Source: Bugula neritina
Lineage: Eukaryota; Animalia; Bryozoa
Reading direction: 5' to 3'
Assembly: GCA_964035545.1 (NCBI GenBank)
Contig: OZ037767.1
Coordinates: 31,264,628-31,328,627 of the forward strand
DNA length: 64,000 nucleotides
Of the stretch, positions 54,100 through 64,000 are shown in pieces. Positions within the stretch are counted from its first letter, which is position 1, and each line of letters opens with the position of its first letter. The notes under the pieces are model-generated. The model was given only the letters and a program-made list of their open reading frames with translations. It searched no databases and was not told where the DNA came from. A program made the translations under genes and the position numbers.

Positions 54100-56869
54100 G
54101 ATCAGGCTGGTTGGTTTTCCTTCAAGCTCTACTTTTCTTTATGCTGCGATATGTAGCATCCAGCAAATCTAGATTCCTGATTCCTTCAAACTAATTACCT
54201 TCCTTCTTTGAAGTTTCACTGCGTACAAACAAGTTTTCCAAAATCAATATTATAATATGTACGGCTCATTACCAAAACTTAAATAAATCGTTGTTTATTA
54301 CTCCAGTTAGAATATAGCAAATCAATAACATGTCATTTGATCTATTGAACAGATATTGTCATAAGATTCCAAGGAATTTTAAATCAATACAGTAATTGTT
54401 GTTCCAAGAAGAGCTCGGAAATATCCAAGACAGAAGATGATGCAAGACTGTTGACAATTAACTGTGTGGGCAGGGTTATAAAAGTTTGTCATTCAGTTTG
54501 GGTAGTTCTGAATGATGACTCACATAATTTGCTGTTTTTGATCATAAAAATCTTTTGCTAGCTAGAGATATTTTAAACATCAGGGATTGTGTTGTATATT
54601 GAATGCCACAAGAACCATTAGTAATTTAAAAAAGAAAATAATTCAAGATTGAGTTTGCTTATATTTTCATAAATTTAAATCAACATTTATTTACATGATT
54701 TTTGACTGAAAATGCTTATTCTCACTATAAATGAAGCAAAAGTTTTACTTTTGGTAGACTTTTAGGTATATATTACACAAACAATTTAAGTGAAAAGTAC
54801 ACAATACATATTAAATGTTGTTAGCTAAAGAAAATAATTTTCACTATACTATAAGTAAAAACTACTAAGCTAATTTTACAGTTGTTTTGTTTGTGTCTAA
54901 TAAACATTTGCAATTGGCATATTTTTTTAATTTATAAAACAAGTCATTTCAAGTGTAGCTTAGTAAGTCACGGCTCTACGACAGTGAGCAAAAAGATGAC
55001 AATCATGTGCACATGCTGCATGGATCTCACTTTTCTTTGAAATGTTTTTTCATAGCTGTTATAGCTATCTGTGCTAATATATTATTAGAAACATTTTGTT
55101 TAATTTATCTTGATGGGCTGTTTGTTTAGAATTTTCCTATAGTTTCCAGCACCCAAAATCTATTTTTACTTCTATATACACTTGCAACAACTTTGCTTAG
55201 TACTTAGCAATAATTATAACTTTTTATTTTTTATAAATCAAACTTTAGTGCATACAGAATAAATAAAAAAACAAAGAAATGTAAAATGGCTGCCGATACC
55301 TATTTAAAATAATACTTGTTAAATTTACAGTTTATGACACTATTTTAGCAAAATATGCATTGGATGACTCAAATCTAATAACAGCTTCAAATGTATAATT
55401 ATTATTGGTAAATATATAATATACATAATTATGCTTTACTTTAGCAAATTTGTTTTTACTTATAGAGCTACTGTGGCTAAAACATATTACTGCAGCTTCT
55501 GATATTAGTTGTAAAATAATTGAAGAAAACGTATTACTGTACTGTACTTCCTATAAGAGCTTTAGTTGTTAAATTTCGTGACTTTTTCTCGTGTTTATAA
55601 CTAAATTATATTGTAGTATGGGACAGCCTCATGCACCTCTTCTTGGTAAGATATTGAAATAATGCAAATGAATGGAGTGTAAATTAGTCAACATTTGAAC
55701 AGCATGTACACGTGTTGCATACCTAACAGAATCATTCCTTGTTCATCTTTATGTCCTGTTCTTGATTATATCATGAAACAAATATAATATTATAATTATA
55801 CACTTTATACTATACCTACCTACGATATCACAAGATAATTATATTCATATACAACAATTATTGCTCAGTGTAGTTATGAACACTGACTCTTTCAATGGCA
55901 CTGAAGCAAATAGCAAACAACATGCAATCACTCACTGATTTATTCAAATGCAACATAATGCGTATTTGGGAACACAATATTTTCTGAGAAAAACAGCTAT
56001 AATGTTTGCTAATTGAAAATATTTCTTTGCTAAACTAGAAATCATCATGGGTTTTATGTCAATGCAATCAAGTTAAATGAAATAAATTGAAAAAATAGCT
56101 GCTCGTGAGTATAAATGATAAATATCAATAAAGATAGATCAAGTTAAATGCCTTATAGACTAAATGAGTTGCTTTTGTGCAACATAGCCCATAGTCCTAT
56201 CGTGTTCACAACCAAGTGTCTATATATGCTACATTTTATAATATCATAATCTTATAAACCTGAAAATCCAAGTTTTAAATGAAAAATTCTATATAAGAAA
56301 TCACCAGCAATCAAATTAATATTAAGTTGTGCTTTGGAAATGATTCAGCACTCAGGGATGTGGCAAGTTTGATTTGACATGAGGAAAAAGCTAAGCTGGG
56401 AATAAAATGACAAGAAGTTATCACTTTAAGCGCCCTAGTTTTATACACTTTTTAATTATACTATTGTACTTGCTCATTAAAATTTTTGTCGAAAGAGAAA
56501 TTCTCAATAGCAGCCACAATGATTGTTACAGCAATGAACCACACACACATACCTCACAGCTGTTTATTATCCTTAGTATACTATTTTTTTGTACAAAAAA
56601 ATTCCAGTAGACAGAATAAATTTTCTTTTGCATTGCTGTTTTTACATGAGTTACTGTGATGAAATTAAAAAAAAAATTAAAAAGTATTGTAAAGAGAATG
56701 TATCTTAAGTTAGTAAAAGTTAAATCCCACACATGAATGATTACTGTATCTGCAGGGGGTTGGTGGTTGGTAGAAAATATGATTGCACTATACATTTAAT
56801 TTGGAAAGATTAAAAACAATTATTTAGAGCAAATAAAAACATAATATAATATAATAATTCAAAGGTATT

Positions 56870-59800
56870 CTATGGAAGAGAATCATACTGATAGAACAAG
56901 GCAATGCAGCGCATGGCTGTTGTGAAATGATAAAATATAATAAAAGGGTACGTAACCCTTGCAATGACTGCGAATGTTGAAGCTCCAAAATACAGTTCCT
57001 CCACAAAGTAAAACTGATCTAAATTTGGGGCATAAATAAAACTAGTAACAATCCACAAAAAAAAGTGAGTTATTCCCAAAAACTGTATAATTTCATTTAG
57101 TTTCTTATTTTTAGAAACATTTCCGTGGGGTAACATCTGCCCAGCCTGCACGACAAAAGCACTGCACACAAAGATTTGAACTATATCAGTGGTTATGTAG
57201 AAAATGTTGGCCCAAGATGTCCCTGTCGCCACAGAAGTAGCGCATCTCGTATCCAAATCTAAAACCCTTACAGTGCTGTTGAACATCTGTCTGTTCACTT
57301 CCCAGTTGTAGAACCTGGCGTCTGGTACAATCACCGCGATGGCAGACACAATTGAAAAAGAAAGCAGAATAATGGAACCGATACAGGATAGACAATAAAA
57401 TATATCAGTAAACCGAAATTTCTGGTAGTTTGATTTTAGGCCAAGCAATGCTTTAAAGCCGTAGAAAGTCAGAAGCAAGTGTACAAGATTCACAAACACC
57501 ATAAAGAGGCTAATGAGCAGCGAGTATTTAAATAGTTCTGTCCTTTCAGAGTTGTCCTCTCCGCTGCAGTCGTAGCTGGTGAAATTAGTGCCATTCTGGT
57601 GCTGGGAAATGACCAACACCATGCCGATGGAAAACAAGAAGATGCCCAGTAGAAGTCCTCCACTACATCCTAGTCCACAGTTCCTGCCTGTTCTGTAGGG
57701 CTGAGCCAGATTAGACTTCTCTTGCTGCAAAGTCTGGAAAGTGAAAATACAATGTGATGTCATATGAGTGATAGTTTCTGTCCAAATCAAGGTTATATAT
57801 AAAATAATTAATGTTATTTAAATAACAGTTTAATCCTACTGCTTATATAGCAAACACAATGCAATGTGTGTGCATTCTAGTTCAATAAATTTAATGAATA
57901 ACTGAAAGTGCTCTTTTATGCTCTATAATATAATACTAAGAGCTATTTTCATGGTATCTACTGTAAGCAAACTTTCTCTAAGTATTACAGAATATGTTTT
58001 TAGAATAGTTAGTTGTTAGAATTTAGGCAGCAAAACACATGTTGACAAAAACAAATTGCATTAGAGACTAAAACAGTAAGAGGACTGCTTCCATACTCTA
58101 CATTCAGTATTTTACTTCTCTCTTCAGCTGTAGGTATAGCAGCTATAAAAACTAAATCATAAAAATAAAGTTAGAAACTAGGCTATACTTGATGTCTAAA
58201 GTAAGATACTGGGCTATACTTGATGTCTAAAGTTAGATAATGGACTATACTTGATGTCTAAACTAACGTCTTTGTGTTGCATGAGATCTGCCTCATCGCC
58301 GTTGATACTAGCCACTGCCGTTTTTAGATTTGCTCTCAGGGTTTCTCTGAAACAGAAAATCTCAAGTCATTAAAATAATATCTGTAAACATGTGTGAACT
58401 TGGGAAGTAAACATGTAGATGACTAATAAGAATATAAACAATGCTTGCCACGCCTTGTATTGAGAAGGTTTATATTCAGACAGTCAAGTTGAAGTCCTTG
58501 AATAATATTTCTCTCTAAAGATATAATAATTGTGTAACGCAACACAATCCTGCCAACCTTTTGCGCTCAACATTGATCCTGTGACTGGCTACGATAGTCT
58601 GCAGCATTTCGTTGCCTTCTCTTTGAAACGGCTGCATTTTCTCTGCACAGTCATTTAGTTTCTGCAATTCTTGGACATCCTGCAACGCCGCCCCTTCTTT
58701 CTTCATTGTTGAGTCCAAAGTTTCAATAGCTTTCTGCAGGGATGCATGGTAACTGCAAAATGTAAGGTATACCTATTTTGGATTATATGTGCGTGCATGC
58801 GTGTGTGTGACATAGAAGCATGACACTACCAATTGCTCTGTTTAAAACAACTTTTCTGCTGTTATACTTTCATTTTTACACCCTCCATTATCACCACTAT
58901 CAACTCTATTACCACTAGCACAGTCACTGTCATTACTACCATACCATTGCTACTACTACTACTACTACATACTACTACTACTACTACATACTACTACTAC
59001 TACTACTACTACTACTACATACTACCACTACTACTACATACTACTACTACTACTACTACATACTACTACTACTACTACTACTACTACTACATACTACCAC
59101 TACTACTACATACTACTACTACTACTACTACATACTACTACTACTACTACTACTACATACTACTCCTACTGCTACTGCTACTACTTATAATACTGCTGCT
59201 CCTGCTGCTTCCAATATTACTACTACTACTACTACTAGTACTGCTACTACTACTACTACTACTGCTACTACTACTACTACTGCTACTACTACTACTACTG
59301 CTACTACTACTGCTACCGCTGCCGCTGCTGCTACTACTGCTGCTGCTACTACTGCTGCTGCTACTACTACTGCTGCTACTGCTACTACTACTGCTGCTAC
59401 TCCTACTACTACACATCTGGAAACTGACACAACATAATAACACACTTGTAGCACTGGTCTACGGTACCACGGGACTCCGGGTCAACCCCCGTAGCCATCT
59501 TCTTGTACAGCTGTTCAATCCATAGCCAAATTCTTCTTTGGGAGGTAGAAAGTTTAGTTCTGAGTCGTCTGTGTGAGTTATTCCTGCCCTCAATCTCATA
59601 CTGGACTCGGTTCAGCTGGATGTTGTTCAAGATGGCGTCATCTGGGATGTTGTCCACGTGATCGAGATGAGTCATCTGACTCCATATTCCAATGATATGT
59701 TCAAACACTACAAACATATCAAAGAGCATACACTATACACACTGTTAGGAGTTGTCAGCTGCTGCAACTGCTATGTGTTGTATTATGACACTCATATTGT

Positions 59801-60187
59801 ATTGATAAAGCCTAACCAAGGAGGGAAAACTCCAGAGTGAAAGGAGAGAAGTAAGAGAGGAGAATGTCGTGGAGACTCTGTAGGTTTGGATCAGAGCAGC
59901 TCGGCTGGCTGGAGGCAATCCAGGGGTCGGTGCTGTTGTCGTAGATGTGACCAAAGAAGTCTAACGAGTGCTCCTCTGTAGTATTTGCCATCAAAATATA
60001 CCCAAAGCAAGTTTTTCAGCAAACAAAAATGATTAACGGTATTGACCAGTTTCTATTGTAAGATGGCTAAAAATTAATAAAAAGGTTGTTTTTACAAGTA
60101 CCGGTATTAATTTAATAGATAAAAGTCTACAGCAAAGCACAATATAACATTTCAATGTTCTAGAAACATATCCTTCTAGTACCTGCA

Positions 60188-60234
<47 letters not shown>

Positions 60235-61242
60235 AAATACTTACCGATAGTTGTGTACATCCAGATAGCCATGTTGGCAGCAATTATGCTGACTAATGAA
60301 ACTTGCAGAAAGGGTTTAGAGTCGAAGCAAGACTTGAGGAACTTCCTGATGAACAAACACTGAAGTAGCGTAAACATAGCCTTAGAGATATAAAATATGA
60401 TGTCAACCACTCCGTCAGCTATGTTGCTATGCAAACAGTTGAACTCACAGATGACAGAGAAGAGATCAAAGGCTATAGCACAGGAAGCGAATATGTACAA
60501 GCCGGCCATGTTGATGATTTCAGGGTAGGACATGGTGTGAGGATGGTGTACGACTGTCCTGATGTAACCCCGGTACTTGAAGGCGTACGCGATGGTGGCC
60601 ACACCCGGTATCAGCAGCAGGATGAGGAATAGCTGAGTTACAAATGGCTGAACTTGATGCCCTGTGACTACACGCTCACTGCTGAGAAACTGAGAGATAA
60701 TGACAGACACGCTGAGTCCAACCAGATACACCAGAATGAGAATAGAGGATATCAGGCCATCTTGTTCAACTGGCCCGTCTCTTCCAGTACGCTTATGACG
60801 GCCGACCTTCAAAGGTGACACCAGCAGCTTGAATGCTGGAATAATAAAGGGAAACCACATACATCTTAATTATAAGCGGACAATGTTTTCTTGTGCGTGA
60901 CTAAATAAATATATACATATTTATAAGTTGAAAACTGTTTGTTGTCATTATATAAGTTACTGACAAATAAATTTAACCGTTTACTTTAATTGTGGATGAA
61001 TTGAGAACAAATTGCGATTACTACTAAGGATAGTTGTATTGACATGAAGAAAGTCAGTGTTGAACATTATAGTCTTTTATATCTTATTCTGATATTCTAC
61101 TATTTGTAGTGTTGGCTACTTTTACTAACTGCACTTTCAACCTAATACATTATTGTGCAAAACTAATTATGGTTTGTTTGAACAAAAATTCTAATTGTAT
61201 AATTAATATGAATTTACCTGTAGAAACATAGCCTTCACCCAT
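56870..61242 (-). CDS. Otopetrin-like multi-pass channel, copy B (~724 aa, 7 exons)
   Basis: Exons 61242-61218, 60835-60245, 59975-59817, 59707-59446, 58752-58558, 58346-58268, 57733-56870 (2175 nt in frame). Same phases and near-identical exon sizes as copy A. Confidence 0.75.
58905..59412. repeat. (TAC/TGC)n trinucleotide satellite
   Basis: Directly visible in otopetrin B intron 4; source of poly-L/S/Y ORFs. Confidence 0.97.
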
Positions 61243-62321
61243 GATGGTGATATAGATATATCGGCTTTACCCTTAGCTTGACGCTTTCTCTCCACACAGT
61301 ATACTTTCGAGCATGCTCTCTAATATGATGCCAAGTCCAGCTCTGCCACAGCAATGAACAGATTCATACCAGTAACTAGGAAATAGGACTCTCTGAGCTA
61401 ATTTTAATAGCATTGTTCAAGCACTTTTATCAACTTAACAATTAAGAATTAAAATTTTATATGAAAATTAGATAAATGTATGAGTTATGTTTTATCTTAT
61501 CACGAAGCGTAACATTGTACCTGGATTCTAGTGACTAAGGTAAAGAACTTTTCACTTCATGCCTAATTATTTATATGTATACACATGTGGTGTTTGATCA
61601 CTTGAAATATTCTTCTTGGGTTTCTCAGAGAAACCTTCTCCTTAGCATCTTGGTGTCGATGCACTATACTGAACGTGGCCAACTTTATCAGATGTAGGTA
61701 GTGACTATGACTCAGCATTTCCCATTTATATAGAGATATCTGCAGGCTACACAATGTACAATACAACCATCTTATCTCTTACAGGCAGGTTAAAAAATAT
61801 AGCAGGATAAGCTGTCCGCAATTATTTTCATTCAACATCTGCAAACGACAATTCTATCCACAGATCATGTTTCCTTGTGCTTCCAGGTATTTGAGAAAGT
61901 GAAAGAAAAATTCCAAGTCAACTTCAAGTTAAATATTATGTATTTATTGTTTTGAAAAGTCCTCAAATTCTGTACAAATTCATGTAAAGCTGTACACCGA
62001 CATATAGTTGGAATATAAAACCTACTGCAATTTACAAATAGCTGCAATGCCATAAAAATAGCAACATAATATATCCAACCTGTACAAGTCATTGCATAGC
62101 AGAAAATAGGTAAAACTGTGACATTAAATGTGGGTGAATAATTCACTGTACGTGTTCTATTCGTAGGAGTTATGGTTCACAGTTAAGAAATGTGACTAAC
62201 ACTAAACTCACTTAACAGACAGACGGTAGTGAGTGTCCAGTCCTACACTTAAGGAGTTGATGGTTTCATGTCTACACACAGCGACACAAACACAATTTAA
62301 TTACAAAAACTAGAAAATTGT

Positions 62322-62748
62322 CTAAAAGCCGGAAGCCCCTCCCCCTTCCTGTTGTAACCTGTTGATGTACGTCTTCTCCACGACCTGCACGGCATCTAAA
62401 TACCTGTCCATACACTGTCCCAGACACTTCTACAATAGACAACAACTTTTTAGGCATACTTCAGCTTTCTCCCATACTCCACACATTAAATTACTTCGTA
62501 CTAATAATACCACAATATTAATTTTAATATATTAATCACTACTTACTATATAGTTTTTATATAAAAACCACAAATTAAATCAATTGTATTATAATGTATT
62601 GTTATTTTTAAACACAAACTCAGCACAAGACATCATTGTTCATGCTAATAACGAGTAAACAGGTGGACATAACTCTTACTTGTTCTGAGCTGGCCAGTGA
62701 TGAGCCCGGCTTTGACACACACATCTTGAAACACTTATCTTGTACACC
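62322..62748 (-). CDS. TIMM13: Small TIM chaperone Tim13, last two exons (first exon not found in window)
   Basis: 62748-62680 GVQDKCFKMCVSKPGSSLASSEQ and 62429-62322 KCLGQCMDRYLDAVQVVEKTYINRLQQEGGGASGF*. Twin CX3C motif and Tim13-type KPG..L..SEQ / CMDRY. Not in the supplied ORF track. Confidence 0.9.
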
Positions 62749-64000
62749 CTACAGAAAGAACGGTCATGATAACACAGCACGACTAACCATGTCCTGAACA
62801 GCAGTGACACACCTCTACTGCTTGTCTAATCTAGATCTACTCACACCTGGCTACCGTGAAGGAACTGAGTAGAGATAATATAGAGTTCCCTTTAAACTTA
62901 TTCTAAACACAAAGAAAGTAACTCTGCAATTGAGTTTTGCAAGTGAAATCTAAACTTTAGCATGCCTTTGCTCTATAAAGGTTATTTGTTTTAGTGAGTT
63001 GAGCATGAAACTGGTCTTTTATTATCTGTAAAGATTCACGGCCAAAATGACTTCATTAATTATTAGAGGGTGATTCTATCTATTAGAAGGCTTAAGTTTA
63101 AAAGCAAATTTTCAATAGTGACTTGTTTAATAAACATGTAACAAAAAATAAGGTAATTAGGACAGATTTTTACTCCAATTTTATGATATATGTCGCGCCA
63201 TTAAAAATATTGATAGTTTCTTGTTAAGCTAAAAGATAATTGGTTACAGAAAACACGTCAAAAGAGAATCAGTTATATTGTCGCTTATAGTTATACATTG
63301 AAGCACCTGTATTTCAAACTCAAACTCCAGACTGACAAAAAATAACCTATTTGCATGCTGAGGTTCGAAATGAAAGAGAGAAATGAGAGCAATATCATTT
63401 GCATTACTATTAGCACTATTTGTTGTTAGGAATCCCGTAGTCCTAGCGGTGTAATGGCTAGTACCTCTAGTGGGGGCAAAAGTTTTACAAGCTATTTCGA
63501 CTCTGTGTTGGGAGAGTGCACTTAGGGAGTTGACTGGCGAGTAGAGCCTATGAGCTGACAGAGTGCAAGGGGGCCAATGCATTACTTAAGAGAACTGGGT
63601 AGGATGTTGTTAGTAATAAATTGTTACTAGGCGTACTGATTGAGTGATACTAGTAATAATAATATTTACATTGAAAGCCTAGAAGAGGCACGTAACTTGC
63701 CACCAGTTTAATGGTTAATACTAATAGTAATACTAATAGCTACTGTCTTATTTTCAGTGTCTACACCATTCATTCATCAATCCAAACTGAAACCTCTCAC
63801 GGCTTTCAGTCTGAGTCTCGACAAATCATTGTCATTGTGATTGAGTTCGACTCGGTTGCTCTAAGTTTAATTATAATTTATCATAAGTATATTATAATAA
63901 TTTAATTATAATTCTAAGTTAAATTAGTGTTTCAATAAAAAAAATTGCTATTTCAAACTTGCTTTAAATTTAGGATTAAGCTTGTGCTGTGATGGTTATT

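Noticed and set aside
58833-59525. 230-aa poly-Leu/Tyr/Thr ORF and antisense poly-Ser ORFs
   Set aside because: Trinucleotide satellite within an otopetrin intron.
61500-62270. Short ORFs between otopetrin B and TIMM13
   Set aside because: No recognisable product; probably UTR/intergenic.

Overview
AT-rich, intron-containing invertebrate (metazoan) genomic DNA; not prokaryotic, no CRISPR or rRNA/tRNA genes seen. From left to right: (1) a tandem array of RING/B-box/B-box/coiled-coil + NHL-like beta-propeller (TRIM-NHL-like) genes on the minus strand, with two intact 8-exon copies and one orphan propeller module; (2) PIGB (10 exons, one U12 AT-AC intron), in which 6 of 9 splice donors have been tandemly amplified into the following intron; (3) a divergently oriented mitochondrial SSB-like gene; (4) a secreted non-animal (peroxidase-catalase superfamily) heme peroxidase with a distal Arg->Gln change; (5) two tandem, divergent otopetrin-like channel genes showing patchy near-identity, one with a 12.7-kb intron holding an Academ-like transposon relic and a decayed Gypsy LTR element with a nested MITE; (6) the last two exons of TIMM13. 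All six full-length gene models plus both TRIM copies were built by hand from splice signals, and their exon lengths sum to multiples of 3. Family calls come from motif recognition only; no database search was run. Strongest candidates for undescribed biology: the loop-hypervariable, recombining TRIM-propeller array with conserved IRF/ETS-like promoter motifs, and the splice-donor-anchored minisatellites whose units read GT...AG.
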